The notes under the pieces were generated by a model, which was not told the DNA's origin, searched no databases, and was given only the letters and a program-made list of their open reading frames with translations. The position numbers and the translations under genes were made by a program. 64,000 nt of DNA from NCBI GenBank assembly GCA_051294375.1, contig CM119267.1:5159822-5223821 (forward strand). Direction: 5' to 3'. Of the stretch, positions 34,946 through 49,300 are shown piece after piece (the first letter of the stretch is position 1; each line of letters opens with the position of its first letter). This DNA is from Paraspadella gotoi (lineage: Eukaryota; Animalia; Chaetognatha).

Positions 34946-36136
34946 TCCTTCGTCTCCGCTTCCAAGCCTCCAATTGTCATTTATTGTTCATATGCCCTTT
35001 TAATTTTGATGCCAAGCTTTGATTTTTCGTTTCCGCTTTCTATTTCCGCTTCTCCAATTCAACTCTCCCGCTTCCGCCCTCTGTTTCTTCATCTCAGCAT
35101 CAACTTTTCCGCTTCCGCCCTCTTGGTCCGCTTCGACCCATCGATTTTCACATCTCAATTTCCACTTTGTTCGCCTCAGCCCTTCCATTTCCACTTCTCC
35201 GCTTCGACTTTTTCCGCTTCTCTCTACTTCCCTCCGCGTTCGGGTCATCCTCGTTTTTTTCCCCCTTCGTCGAATTTGGCGACCGCAATATGCAAATGAG
35301 ATTATGGCGGCGTCGGTGGAGGAAAAGGGAATCTGGATTCCCGGGAGTAAAAATCACGGACGAAAAAAAAAATTGGATGGTCTTAGTAGGGAAAAAAAGG
35401 CCGGTTGGGCGAAAAGTGATGAAGGAGAAAATGAAAAGGGGGCAAGAGAAGTGGATAATAGAGAGGTAATCATTTGTGGATATCTACGGTCAGATGCTAA
35501 GCGTGCTCAAGATACCTACTCTGAATTTCCTTAACCCCCTCTAGCAGCAAAACAAAGTAGTTTAATAGCCTCCTCTCGCTACCCAGAGGGTACAGGATTG
35601 AGCTCAATGTCCAGTGGTCGGATGGCTGTACTCAATGAACCACCGGGTCACAACTGCGGGTACGAAGTCTATTGGCGGGGAATACCTGGCCAACATATTA
35701 AATACGAAATGTACCGCAGTGAGTGTTAAGGGGATGGAGTGAGACAAGGAGACAAGGGGGTCAGAGAACTGAAATCTACGGAGAGAGCGAGGTGGAGGGA
35801 AAAAAATGGCGTCGCCGTGAAAATCGATTTCAAAACAGGAAAATGTTCTTGTCGTCGTCGTTGTTGTTGTCGTCGTCGTCGTTGACTTCGTCGTCGTCGT
35901 TGTTGTCGTCGTCGTTGTGGTCGTCGTTGTTGTCGTCGCTTTCGGTTTCAAGTAATAGTGTGATCGCTCTAGTCAGTGTCATTACGTAGTACGTATTACG
36001 AACTATGATAGATGTGCTTTTCAGTCTATCATTTTATCGTTCTCACTCTCATTCACTCATTCAACCACTACGCATCATTTCGTCCAATTTATCTCATCTG
36101 TTCACACCGAATCTTTTTCACTAGTCGCCGTGTCTC

Positions 36137-36241
<105 letters not shown>

Positions 36242-37127
36242 CCTCTCTCTCTCCTCTCCTCTTAATCTCGCTGGGTCTTTTTTTCCTTGAGAGAGACTCT
36301 ATCTCAAGGTGAGGAAGAAGAATCGGGTGTCCAGACGAAGAGCGTGGACGGAATTCCCGAGGCGACGATACGACGACGACGACGACCACGGCGACGACGA
36401 AAAAGACGACAACGACGACGACCGGAAGATGATTATGAATAGCATGACGATGAGGACGAAGATTGTGAGAGTGTGTCAGTGACATTTGTGATAAAGACGG
36501 CGATGATTTATGATGATGATGAAGATGATGATGATGATGATGATGATGATGACGATGATGGTTAATGATGAAATTGAACGATTGGCATTGAATATTATTA
36601 AATTACTATGATTCCTGATACGGAATAAGAAGATGATGATGATAAGTACGATTATGAAGATGCAGATGAATGGGAAATTAACAACAAAAGGGACGGAAAC
36701 GACTAACGACAACAACAACAACGACAACCACCGCCAAAAAAAAATCCCTTTTTGAAAAATTTTCTCGTCTTGAGATTTTCTCGACTTTGGACTCCGACAA
36801 AGTTGGTTTCCTTTCGTCCCCTTAATGGCGGGCGTCGTTAACTTCGAGTCTCTTTTCTGAGAGGAAGAGTCGTCGTCGTTGTCGTCGTCCTCGTCGTCGT
36901 CGTCGTCGTCATTAAAGTCTCTTTGCATTTTCCGATCCTCCATCTGTTAGTCCGTCTATTCGTCCATTTCCTCCATCCAGGTATTTGGGATTTTAGCCCT
37001 GACATCGATTTTTTTTTTATCGTTTCCTAGACTCGAGATTGAGCTGAATATTTATATACTTCCACGAGTCAGAGTTGGAGAGGGACGGCAATCCGTATCC
37101 AATCCCCACGAGTTGACCTTGGAACAA

Positions 37128-37620
37128 TAACAAGAAGGGAAATTCAAATGTGCGTTGCACCGCGGTAGCTTTCTTAGCCTGTGTATGTTCGACACGCACT
37201 GCATCGGAATCTTGCCTTTTATTTTATTTTATTTTATTTTATTTTATTCTTTAAAATTTTAGAATTTCCCAAAGGCGGCACTAGCAGTCTCTTAAATTGC
37301 AGGTTTTTTTCTTAATAAATGAGCATTTTTAATTTAAGTGGGATAAACCAACGGACAGACATAGCAACCGACAGATCGACAGACCGACCAAAAAGTGACT
37401 TACAGAGTTGCTCGGTCTGTCCGTCTCATAACTCATAACTCATAACTCATAACTTGCCTATAGTTGGTTGCTCGTTTGTTTGAACTGGAAAAAATATCAT
37501 TTCTAAGTGACTGCTAGCGCCACCTTCAGGAAATCCTAAAACTATAAAGAATAAAAGACTGAAATCCAATTCAGTGCGTGTCATAAATAAAATGTCATTG
37601 CGGCGCAACCCATTGGATGG
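37128..37620. mobile_element. Two further partial copies of the Helentron/DINE-1-like family in opposite orientations (37128-37413 and ~37500-37620)
   Basis: The first has aattcaaatgtgcgttgcaccgc...aaggcggcactagcagtc...gaccgaccaaaaagtgacttacagagttgct. The second has gactgctagcgccaccttc...tgcggcgcaac, its reverse complement. Confidence 0.55.
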
Positions 37621-39233
37621 TCCGATCTTGTTTATTCGGGTTTAAGTTCAGTGACAATCTTTCAAGGCATTATGGATAGAATTGAGTTTTGACATTTTTA
37701 TATAACCTTTCTTGAAAAAAAATGTTTTGGCTCTCCCAGCGATTAGTTCCAAATTTCCAAATTTGTCATTTTTTATTTCTAAAAAAGATGAAGAAGAAAT
37801 GCTTCCGTCATCGTCGTTGTCTTCGTCGTCGTCGTCGTCGTCGTCGTCATCATCGTCGTCATCGTCATCGTGCTCACCGACGATGCCGTCATGGCAACAG
37901 AATTGTCCTCGTTTACATTTTTATGAGACCTGGCGGCTCGCAATTAACGCTCTCTGCTCTCTCCGTCCTCTCTCGTCCTTCTCTCAATTCTGCTCTGATC
38001 GACTCTCCTCTGTCTCTGCTCGTCTCATCCTCTCTCCTCTCGTCTCTCTCTCTCTCTCGTCCCCCCCTCGTCTCCTCCCGCTATCTCTGTGAAATGCTGT
38101 CTTGGCATGATTATTTCTCAAAGAGGAGAATATCCTTCTCCTCATAAATAGGGAAAAAAAACATTAGGTGTTTATCGTTTCCTCTCTCTCTTCTCTCCTC
38201 TTCTTCATCTCTCTCTCTCTCTCGGTCTCTCATGGATCGACGTTCGACCCGCGCGTCCTCACGACCTTCGGTGCCTGTGTATAGTGCCATTCCGGAAGCC
38301 TCTCCGAGTCCTGTGCGGGCGCGGTCGCCTCGTGATCAGTCGCCCTCCGAGCCGTCACGATCACTCGCTCTCTCCTCTCGCCTCTCTGTGCCGTTGGGTC
38401 GCACGCGTCTGTCCTCTCTCTCCCCGATGGTCTCTCTCTCTCTCTTCCTAGTCTCGTCTCTGTCTAGTATCGCTCTCTCCTCCTTCTTAACGTGCGGACT
38501 GGAGGGAATCGTCGTTTCGAAAGAATTTATTTGGCAAAGAGAAAAAATCTTTTCCTAATAAAATCCTAATGAAAGATTCGAAGTCATCGCCTTCCGACCC
38601 TAGAGCACCCTAGAGCACCCTCATCTCCATTACTTGTCGCTTGTCACTTCGATTTCTTTGCTTTTCCTTCTTTCTTTGCTTTCTTCTTTTCTTTCTTTCT
38701 TTCTTTCTTTCTCTCTTTCTTTGCTTTCTTTTTTTGCTTTCTTTCTTTCTTTCTTTCTTTCATTTCTCTCTTTACTTTGCATTCTTTCTTTCTTTCTTTT
38801 CTTTCTTTTCTTTTTGTCCCCTTTCGTGTCTTTCAAATCTTTCTATCACTCTATCTTTCTTTCTATCATTCTTCTATTTTTTCTATTTTTTTCTTTCTCT
38901 CTTCCTTTTTTCCCCCTTTTCACATAATTCACCTCTCTTCCTTCCCCCTAACTTTCTTTCCCTTTCTTTTCCCTTCCTTTTCCTTGTTTGACTGCTGTTG
39001 GTCTCAAAATGATATTTTTCCTCATTTTATTCTCCTTAATCATTAATCATTAATAATTAATCATTAAGTTAATGTCTCATTTACTCTTTTTTTCCTTCGC
39101 TAAAACATAAAGTATCATTCTTTCCGATAGTGAATATTAATGAGTCTTAAATTATGACATAAGATATAAGAATTACGTTTTATAATTTCTCCCTTTCATT
39201 TTTAATTTTCTTTTTTGCTAGCGTGTACAAACT

Positions 39234-39286
<53 letters not shown>

Positions 39287-39394
39287 CAAAATTCTCCCTA
39301 ATTCACCCAATGACTCTCACTCACCCCCTAACGCGATATTACGTAGTTCTTTCCCAGAATCTCTTTTTCTGTGATTACATTACCCTCTACTTTC

Positions 39395-39650
39395 ACAGCC
39401 CCTTCTTTCCGCTGCTGCAGCCTATTCTTTCAGCTGCTGCACCCCCTTCTTTCCGCTGCTGCAGCCCATTATTTCAGCTGGTGCACCCCCTTATTTCCGC
39501 TGCTGCAGCCCATTCTTTCAGCTGCTGCACCCCCTTATTTCCGCTACTACAGCCCATTCTTTCAGCTGCTGCACCCCCTTATTTCCGTTGCTGCAGCCCA
39601 TTATTTCAGCTGCTGCACCCCCTTCTTTACGCTGCTGCAGCCTCTTCTTT
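39395..39650. repeat. 44-bp (2x22) minisatellite ccgctgctgcagcccattctttcagctgctgcacccccttattt
   Basis: About 5.5 units; it explains the repetitive ORFs at 39223-39941. Confidence 0.9.
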
Positions 39651-40600
39651 TTTCGTTCTTTTCAGCACCTGCTGCCGCTGCTGCTTCGCGTCTGTCCGCG
39701 GCTGCTGAGTGTGATCGCGAATGACCATCACGTTCTCGAAAACGATCCTTTTCCTTTTCAATCAGCTTTTCTTTTCATGATCCTCTTCCTTTCTTTTTAT
39801 TTTTCTTTTTTTTCTGCTTTCCTCACTTTAATAATCAGTAATACATTTTTTGGTTTTTCTACTTTATTTTTTCCCCTTTTTTTATTCTATTTTCTCTTGT
39901 GTTTAAATTTTTTACTATGTAATGTTTTTATTTACATTTAATAATCTCGAGCATGAAATTCAAATGAGAAAATCTATTCTCACCCACTTTAGCTTAAACT
40001 CAATTTTTTTTTTCCTCGCACTGCATTTATATTCATGCTCGCAAGAGATGTGAGCAAATGTAATTTTTATATTCAAATGATTTTCGCTCTCTCTCTCTCT
40101 CTCAAAAGAGAGATAATACCCTGTGGGACATCGACCTTGTGTTGGCGGTTGGTGTGTAGCAGTCTGGTTATTATAGAGAGAGAGAGAGAGGAGATGAGAG
40201 AGAGAGGAGAGAGAAGAGAGAGAGAGAGAGAGAAGGAGCGATNNNNNNNNNNNNNNNNNNNNNNNNNNNNNNNNNNNNNNNNNNNNNNNNNNNNNNNNNN
40301 NNNNNNNNNNNNNNNNNNNNNNNNNNNNNNNNNNNNNNNNNNNNNNNNNNNNCTCTCTCTCTATCTCTCTATCTCTATCTCTATCTCTCTATCTCTATCT
40401 CTCTCTCAACCTATTCCTACTTTCCTGTGATCCCATCTCCTCTTTGTTTAGGTCCTCATGGTATTTTCTTTTTGATAGTTCTACATTAAATAACTAAAAT
40501 AATATAAATAATATATATAACTATGAGATGGTTGAGCCTCGGAGAGGTCGTTCACCTACTTAAATCCGTGACTATACAAACCTTTGTTTGCGCTTTGTAG

Positions 40601-40659
40601 AAAAAAAACATCACCGAGAGGGAGAAAGACCGTGAAAACATAGCCTGTGATAACAGGGG
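40601..40659 (+). other. Candidate short internal exon
   Basis: tttgcgctttgtag|...|gtgagt with a single open frame KKNITEREKDRENIACDNR; no homology recognised. Confidence 0.2.
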
Positions 40660-42406
40660 GTGAGTGCGTTGATAAAGAAATTACTCGACTTACCTTACCA
40701 GTTACAGATGCTGTTATGAATCGATTTGAATTCGTAAAGGTAAGTAAATTGGGTTTGTTTATCATCCGATTTTTTTTAAATAAAAATAAAAAATATTTGA
40801 ATAATACGTTTTTCAAGTCAAAAGAAAACTTGGTAAAAATATCTGAAAGAATATTTTTGTTCCTCTTCCTCTCTCTCTATCTCTCTTTCTCTCTCTCTCT
40901 ATCTCTTTCTCCCTCTCTTTCTTAGACTGTTTTCGGNNNNNNNNNNNNNNNNNNNNNNNNNNNNNNNNNNNNNNNNNNNNNNNNNNNNNNNNNNNNNNNN
41001 NNNNNNNNNNNNNNNNNNNNNNNNNNNNNNNNNNNNNNNNNNNNNNNNNNNNNNNNNNNNNNNNNNNNNNNNNNNNNNNNNNNNNNNNNNNNNNNNNNNN
41101 NNNNNNNNNNNNNNNNNNNNNNNNNNNAAAAAACCGTCTGCTTTGTTCTTTTTTTTTTCTTCAAAAGCTCCTCCAGTTTTTCGAGACTCGTAAAACGAAA
41201 ACGATTTAATTTTCGTTACGCGATTCCATTTACCTGTCGTCGTCGTCGTCGTCGTCGTCGTCGGCGCGGAACGCTCCCTTTTGTTTGTTTACGTCTGTTT
41301 TGATCATGATAGAAAACAATGAAAACAAGAAAGGAAAGAGGCTAAGAAGTCTCTCTCTCTTTCTATCTCTCTCTCTCTCTCTCTCTCNNNNNNNNNNNNN
41401 NNNNNNNNNNNNNNNNNNNNNNNNNNNNNNNNNNNNNNNNNNNNNNNNNNNNNNNNNNNNNNNNNNNNNNNNNNNNNNNNNNNNNNNNNNNNNNNNNNNN
41501 NNNNNNNNNNNNNNNNNNNNNNNNNNNNNNNNNNNNNNNNNNNNNNNNNNNNNNNNNNNNNNNNNNNNNNNNNNNNNNNNNNNNNNNNNNNNNNNNNNNN
41601 NNNNNNNNNNNNNNNNNNNNNNNNNNNNNNNNNNNNNNNNNNNNNNNNNNNNNNNNNNNNNNNNNNNNNNNNNNNNNNNNNNNNNNNNNNNNNNNNNNNN
41701 NNNNNNNNNNNNNNNNNNNNNNNNNNNNNNNNNNNNNNNNNNNNNNNNNNNNNNNNNNNNNNNNNNNNNNNNNNNNNNNNNNNNNNNNNNNNNNNNNNNN
41801 NNNNNNNNNNNNNNNNNNNNNNNNNNNNNNNNNNNNNNNNNNNNNNNNNNNNNNNNNNNNNNNNNNNNNNNNNNNNNNNNNNNNNNNNNNNNNNNNNNNN
41901 NNNNNNNNNNNNNNNNNNNNNNNNNNNNNNNNNNNNNNNNNNNNNNNNNNNNNNNNNNNNNNNNNNNNNNNNNNNNNNNNNNNNNNNNNNNNNNNNNNNN
42001 NNNNNNNNNNNNNNNNNNNNNNNNNNNNNNNNNNNNNNNNNNNNNNNNNNNNNNNNNNNNNNNNNNNNNNNNNNNNNNNNNNNNNNNNNNNNNNNNNNNN
42101 NNNNNNNNNNNNNNNNNNNNNNNNNNNNNNNNNNNNNNNNNNNNNNNNNNNNNNNNNNNNCAAAAAAAAAAGAAAAAAATCCTCGTCTTTTTTCACTCAT
42201 TTTAAGCTTTTTTTCGGCTTCTTTGAGCCTTTTTCGGCTTTTTTATTCTTATATATAGACTTTTTTTTTCAAATTCTTCCTTTCCCTTTTTTAACTTTTA
42301 TTCTGAACTCATTTTAAACTCGTTTTATTCTTCACTTCCTTTTTTTTTTCTTTATCTCTTTTTTTTTAGACTCAAATTCTCCCCTCTCGATCTTTGCCCT
42401 TGAACT

Positions 42407-42477
<71 letters not shown>

Positions 42478-43182
42478 TTTAATGACTTTTATTCTTTTTT
42501 ATGCCATCGACGCTTTTCATCCCACGGTATTTTTAAGAAGCATTAAACATTTCTTAATCTGGACGTAAATATAACGTTTCACGTTTCAAAAAAGAAAATA
42601 TCACATCTTCTATATTTCTCTCTCTCTCTCTCTNNNNNNNNNNNNNNNNNNNNNNNNNNNNNNNNNNNNNNNNNNNNNNNNNNNNNNNNNNNNNNNNNNN
42701 NNNNNNNNNNNNNNNNNNNNNNNNNNNNNNNNNNNNNNNNNNNNNNNNNNNNNNNNNNNNNNNNNNNNNNNNNNNNNNNNNNNNNNCCGCCCCGTCTCGT
42801 TCTCTACTTACCTTCAAAACTTTGCGACGCCAGATCACAATCGAACTTACTTTTCCACGTATCGAACTTACCTTTCAACGATTTACCCGCGAGGCCGTGA
42901 ATTTGACGGTGTCGGTACTCGCTGCTTTGTACCTTCGCCTCTTCTCCGTGAACCACGTTGAAATTTTTGTGAGGCTTTAGTAATTCTTTACATTGGTTTG
43001 TCTATCTTCACCACTACTGATCACCATCGCCGATTAGTGATCACCTTCACTGCTGATCACCAGCATTCTCCACCGTTGTCACCTGGACTAATCACCACCG
43101 TCGTTAAGCGCTTTAAATGACTTTTCCCTTAATGATTCTCCGGAAAGGAAATCAAATAAGAAATTTTCAGGGGAGAAAGGTA

Positions 43183-43346
43183 AAAGAGAAGAGAAGAGAA
43201 GAGAAGAGAAGAGAAGAGAAGAGAAGAGAAGAGAAGAGAAGAGAAGAGACAAAAGGACAAGACAAGACAAGACAAGACAAGACAAGACAAGACAAGACAA
43301 GACAAGACAAGACAAGACAAGACAAGACAAGACAAGACAAGACAAG
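43183..43346. repeat. Compound pentanucleotide microsatellite (AAGAG)n-(GACAA)n
   Basis: Read directly from the sequence. Confidence 0.95.
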
Positions 43347-44317
43347 AAATGAAAAAATGGGGTTAATCAGGAAGAAAAGATTCTAAACTTTAATTGAAAG
43401 AGAATAATAATATTATCAAACAGCTATTAAGACAAAAGTTTATTATTGCGATACAGTCGTTTTTTAATCAATATTTTGGCTTTTTTGCTTATTGCTTTAT
43501 GGATTTTAGAATAATTTTTTCATTGACTCGATAAAAGAAGATGTGAACGACCAATGATGATACGAGCGCGAAAATTAAATTAAATTAAATTAAATTAAAA
43601 ATTAAGAAATTATCCAGAATTCATAATCCGTTTCAATTCCTTGTTTGCTATTATTTACTCTCTTTACCCACGCCCCTCCCCCTCAACCCAAGGAAACAAA
43701 TAAGTTCTCACTTCCAGCTCACGCATTCTCAGATATTCACGGGACGCCCATTCTTCCTCACTGACATTTNNNNNNNNNNNNNNNNNNNNNNNNNNNNNNN
43801 NNNNNNNNNNNNNNNNNNNNNNNNNNNNNNNNNNNNNNNNNNNNNNNNNNNNNNNNNNNNNNNNNNNNNNNNNNNNNNNNNNNNNNNNNNNNNNNNNNNN
43901 NNNNNNNNNNNNNNNNNNNNNNNNNNNNNNNNNNNNNNNNNNNNNNNNNNNNNNNNNNNNNNNNNNNNNNNNNNNNNNNNNNNNNNNNNNNNNNNNNNNN
44001 NNNNNNNNNNNNNNNNNNNNNNNNNNNNNNNNNNNNNNNNNNNNNNNNNNNNNNNNNNNNTCTCTGTTTGTCAAGCCACTGATGGATTACCAACTGTGTT
44101 TTCTAGACAAACCGTCACTCGTCAACCTTCGTTCGACTTCGGCCCCCGAAAAAAAAAAGTCATCCCCTTCGTCGTCGTCGTCGTCGTCGTCGTTATTCTT
44201 GTTGTTATTTCTTCTGGTTGACTCGGTTCTTCCTCCAGTATCTCCTTTCGTTGTTGTTGTTGTCGTTTGTTATTCGCGAAAATAGACATTTCTTTTCGGG
44301 AAGATCGCAAACTTGTT

Positions 44318-44652
44318 GGCACTATTTTCCGAGAGCGGCCCATTTCAAAATCCTTGGACTTAATTTTAACCTTAATCTTTTTAACCCTAATTACGAACCC
44401 TAATTCCCTACCGTAACCGGAAATAATACAAGACCCTAATCATTATTCCCTTATAGTACAAATTCTTAGATTTATCCCCTAATCTTAAACCCGAATCCAA
44501 AACCTGAATAGATAACCAAATCTATAACCAAACTTCATCCTAGACCCTAACTCTAATCCGTAAACTAACTCTTATCCATAACTCTTAACCTAATTTATAA
44601 ATTTAAAAACCTATTTAGTTCTGAATTTGGGCTGAAATGGAAAATATGGCCC
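44318..44652. mobile_element. Same TIR/(CCCTAA)n family
   Basis: ggcactattttccgagagcggcccatttc ... aaccctaa repeats ... gctgaaatggaaaatatggccc. Confidence 0.6.
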
Positions 44653-45866
44653 AACATTTGCAGATAATCGTAAAAAGCTTCAACTTTTAATCGTTTTATA
44701 TTTTTATCGTCTTAAAAACTGTCAAGTTGTCTCTTTTATTTCAGAAAAAAAAAATTCGACTTTTAAATAACGCTATCGCTTAATTAATTAATTAATTAAT
44801 TAATTAAAAATATGTTCTCTACGTTAAATATTTTAGATTTAGGTTAATTTAAGTTTAATTCAAGTCAATTTAAATTCAAGCTTTCTAATTCTCACCCAAA
44901 TGAAACAACTTCGCTTGTATCAGGCAAATGGTATTCCTGTCTCAAATAAACGATCCAATTTCATTCTGTGTTGATAATAGAGAAACGAATTTAGGCTTAT
45001 TTTGTGTTGATCTCCCTTTTTATGATGTTTTTATGATGTTGACGTTGAAGACGACGACGACGACGACGACGACGACGTCTTTTGAGTCGCATCATTTCTT
45101 CTTCAAGTATCCAACATTTTTGTCGAAATCCGCTTCACGCTCGAAGCTGCAGCCGCCGCTACAGCCGCCGCTGTCAATTCGCCGCCTCCTGCAGCAGCAG
45201 CCGTCGCAAACTTTGCCTCACCCAGACGTTCGATCGAACGGTCGAGGTCAAAAGCGAAAGTCTAACGATGAATCTTCTGCGCAGGCGCAAAATACTTATT
45301 TTTTATCTTATTCATNNNNNNNNNNNNNNNNNNNNNNNNNNNNNNNNNNNNNNNNNNNNNNNNNNNNNNNNNNNNNNNNNNNNNNNNNNNNNNNNNNNNN
45401 NNNNNNNNNNNNNNNNNNNNNNNNNNNNNNNNNNNNNNNNNNNNNNNNNNNNNNNNNNNNNNNNNNNNNNNNNNNNNNNNNNNNNNNNNNNNNNNNNNNN
45501 NNNNNNNNNNNNNNNNNNNNNNNNNNNNNNNNNNNNNNNNNNNNNNNNNNNNNNNNNNNNNNNNNNNNNNNNNNNNNNNNNNNNNNNNNNNNNNNNNNNN
45601 NNNNNNNNNNNNNNNNNNNNNNNNNNNNNNNNNNNNNNNNNNNNNNNNNNNNNNNNNNNNNNNNNNNNNNNNNNNNNNNNNNNNNNNNNNNNNNNNNNNN
45701 NNNNNNNNNNNNNNNNNNNNNNNNNNNNNNNNNNNNNNNNNNNNNNNNNNNNNNNNNNNNNNNNNNNNNNNNNNNNNNNNNNNNNNNNNNNNNNNNNNNN
45801 NNNNNNNNNNNNNNNNNNNNNNNNNNNNNNNNNNNNNNNNNNNNNNNNNNNNNNNNNNNNNNNNNN

Positions 45867-46308
45867 CATTCATTCTTCATTATTGATCTAATGCCTTTCC
45901 ATTCGATCCCAATTTCACCCTCATTCATCCACGCATTCGCCTCCAAATTCCCGAACCATTAATCCATATCAATGCCATCGATCGCCATTCGCCGATGCCA
46001 TTCGCTAGTCGGCCATTGGCTTCCAATGGCACATCGCGCGGCCGGGCGCCATATTTGCGCGCGCCCGGTTCGAGGCGTCGTTCGAAGAATCGATTCCCTC
46101 AATCCTCGACTCCTCATTGGTGGCGGATCTCCGTTTCCTCGCCTCTCATTGGCCGATTTTTTTCCGTCACCTCATCGGCGCGACCCTTTTTTTTTTTATT
46201 TCCTTTTTGATTAATCGTTCTGCTAATTGCCGTCGTTTCTCTCGAACGTTTCCATGGATGGGAGGTTCTCTCACCTATTTTACTTCCCCTATCGAAAATT
46301 TATACCCT
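45867..46308 (+). repeat. Segment repeated in noisy form at ~53600-54300
   Basis: Shared ordered words include cttcattattga(a)tctaatgc, gccattcgctagtc, gcgcgcgccc(c)ggttcga, ctcatcgg(c/g)gcgaccctt and gttctctcac. Confidence 0.75.
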
Positions 46309-46333
46309 NNNNNNNNNNNNNNNNNNNNNNNNN

Positions 46334-49300
46334 GCGAGTTGGATTTGTTGTCCTCTAACATCCTTGATTCCCCTGACCAGATGGTCGCCGCCAGCGTTCC
46401 CCACTTGCCTCTTCTCTCTTACTACCACATCCCCTGTTCCGCAGCGGATGCGTCGTCCCGTCGATGTTAATTCTATGCGTCGGCCTCTTCGTCTATTCCC
46501 AATTTCGCGGGTATGAAGTTTTTCTTCTTCGGACACCGTCGCCCTCGGTTCTCTGCCGTCCCACGCTTCTCCGATTTCCCCCGCCCCCAATCTTTTGGGG
46601 CTGCGATTGAGGCGCTGGCCCACCGCCCTATACTACGGCCTCGAAGCCGCCATTGGCTCCACTTTCCAACTTCATTGGCGGCCGGTTTTATGGCGCCATA
46701 ATCGCCGTCTTTCATCGCCGTGGCGACGCCGAAATAGTCATGGGATCTCCTTTATTCACAGTTCCAAGATTTCGTCATAGTCCTTTAAAGACCTCTTTTC
46801 CGACGGCGGCCTTCATCGAGCCCGTCTTAAAGGAAATGATATGCACGGTCGTCTCGGGAGTGGAGATGGGACCCGTCGGTTGCCCTTTGGAGGATCCGAC
46901 CCGAGAGCAGAATGAGAAGCTGGAGAGCCGCTGGAGAGATCGCGGCTGTGATTGAGAGAAGCCAGGTTGATTATTTGTCAAGTATGATAAACATCGCTTT
47001 TCTGATGTAGAGAGCGATAAGTTGATTTTATGACGTTTTTTGGTTGCAAATTTATAAATAGAATCCTACTTGCGTACTTAAAATAAACACGAATGCTGGA
47101 TTTTTTGGCGTTCTTGCCGAATTATCGAGGCTGCAATTAGTTCACCAATTTTCACCCATGTATTTTTTTTTTATTTTATATTAACTTTTTTGTCGTATTT
47201 TTAATTATTTACGGAATTTTGTTTTTAAAGAACGTGCCGTTAATTTTTTATAGCCGAATCGAGTAAAAAATTATTTCAAGTCTCCGATGTTAAGAAAGAT
47301 TTGGGTCGTAAGAGGGCGCCCCAATAATGCGGGACGACTTTATTCCACCCGCCGATACGGATCAGTACGGTGGAACTGGTATTGCCTGGCACGGGAAAGG
47401 TCGTTCCGGAACGGCGGAGGACGTCTTCTCCTCCGACAGGAGGAGGATCCTCTTCCGAGTATTACGATGAATTAAAGGCCGAGGGATCGGACCGAAGAAG
47501 CGGGCCCCGCCTCGGTCGAAGACGAAAGGACGGGATGACAAACAACAAACAACTTCTATGTTGACGAGTCGTGAGGATCACTTCGTTGGACGGCGCAGTT
47601 CGAAAGCAGGAGCCCGAGCTGTACCAGCGATTATTGAAGGCGGTACGATGGCTAGATTGCGTCGCCTCGACTCTCTCGTCTTTTCGAAAAGTATATCGTC
47701 AGTAAGAAAAAACATTTCAAAAGGACGAGACTTTGTATTTAAATGCGTTTTTATGTTAGAAGAAAAACTTCTTTATTTAAAAAGTTTGTTTTTTTTTGGG
47801 TTTTTTTTAAAATTACTTAATTTTTTAATATTGAAACATTAAATTGTTGAAAGCAAAAATTTAAATCATAAGATATATCATTTTTACAAAGCTTAATATA
47901 TTAATTAATGATAAAAATAACCCTAAAACCTATTGTTTTTCATGTATACTATTCAGTATCACTTTTCGTGGTTGGCTTCTGTACTTTTCCTTATATTAAG
48001 TTATATTGGTGGACTTAAATTCCACCAACGTTAATCAGCGGCCATTGTGCCGGAGGCAAGTCATTCGCCCTCCCAACCCAAAGGTCCGGGTTCTTAGCCG
48101 GTGGTCCGCTTGGCAGTTTTAAGGGGACGGGGCGCTTAACCCGCTGTAAACACGGTGTTACAGCCTGATTCTGAAAGCTCAGGGACTGCTTATATTGAAC
48201 GGTTCTGTCATTACACAACAATAATTTACGTGTCTCTTCAAGTAATCCTTAATCGTGAATCGGCAAATTATAGTAAGAGGCGACACATTAAAAATGATTT
48301 GCCTATTTCTTCGTTAATATTTAACCGAGGTTAGGTTTCTTTTTAAAGCTTTTATCAGAAAAGATCTTTCTTCATATAATTGTATATTTGAACATTTGTC
48401 ATTATGTTAAAGATTTTCTCTGTAAAACGGTTCCTAACTGGAGTAAAAGTAACGAGAATGCGGGGGAAAATAAATATATTGAACGTCAGGAAAATATCTT
48501 AGCTTAATTAAACAACTTAAATTTATTTAAAAAAAAAAAAAAAAACAGTGTTTTTGCCAGCTCAGATGCTAGTAGAATTTGTGTATTAATAATGTTTATA
48601 ATGTAGTTTTTTGTCATTGAATTTTAGTCGCAATGGAGACGTCGCCGTGGCTACCCCAGGTTCTGATGGTCTGAGGCTCTGCCAGTAAAGACGCTCGATT
48701 TCGAAGGGATCGGAAAGGGAGGAGAAAGGAGAAAAAGTCGCTGAGAAGAGAAAAGTGGTGGAGATGATGATGAAGAAGAAGGCGGAGAAGAAAACGAAAG
48801 AAAAAGAAAATGATGCAAGTCAAACTAAAAGTCCATGTCCAAAATCCCGGAACGAGATTCCAGGCTGATGTCTCACGGTCGCTCGGTGCGGAGGTCGAAT
48901 CGATGAAGTCGAAACCTCCGCACGCTCCAACGCGTCCCTGCGCAAAAGCGGAGATTCCGGCGTCCGAATCCTCTCGATCTTTCCATGTTGATTCGTCGCT
49001 AAACGAACCCTCTGTTAAAGAAGCCCGCTGCCGTAAACGGTTACCACTTGTTAAAGAGGCCGCTGCGCTATAACGGTACCACTGTTAAAGAGTCCCTGCT
49101 GCCGCTAAACGGTACCACTGTTAAAGATCCCTCTGCCGCGAAACGGACCCCAGCTTAAAGGGCCTGCTGACATGCGTAAATGGACCCCTACTAAAGGGCC
49201 CGCCGCGACTAACGGACCTATAAGGTACCGCCGCCGCTAACGGACCCCTGCTAAAGGGCCCTCCGTCCGCTAAACGGACCCCTGCTAAGGGCCCTTCCGC

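Noticed and set aside
35532-35729. piggyBac-like MITE or SINE between two TTAA sites
   Set aside because: The termini match only weakly and no second copy was seen, so it cannot be classified.
41285-42205. Long X-containing ORFs (also 44928-45962, 55954-56943, 60964-62490)
   Set aside because: They are open only because they run through N gaps.
42872-43002. Minus-strand exon (TNQCKELLKPHKNFNVVHGEEAK...) ending at gtaagt
   Set aside because: The donor is good but there is no polypyrimidine acceptor and no recognisable homology.
48038-48109. Functional tRNA gene
   Set aside because: The T-loop is degenerate (TTCTTAG), the anticodon stem does not pair well and the acceptor stem has a bulge; a SINE head or pseudo-tRNA fits better.
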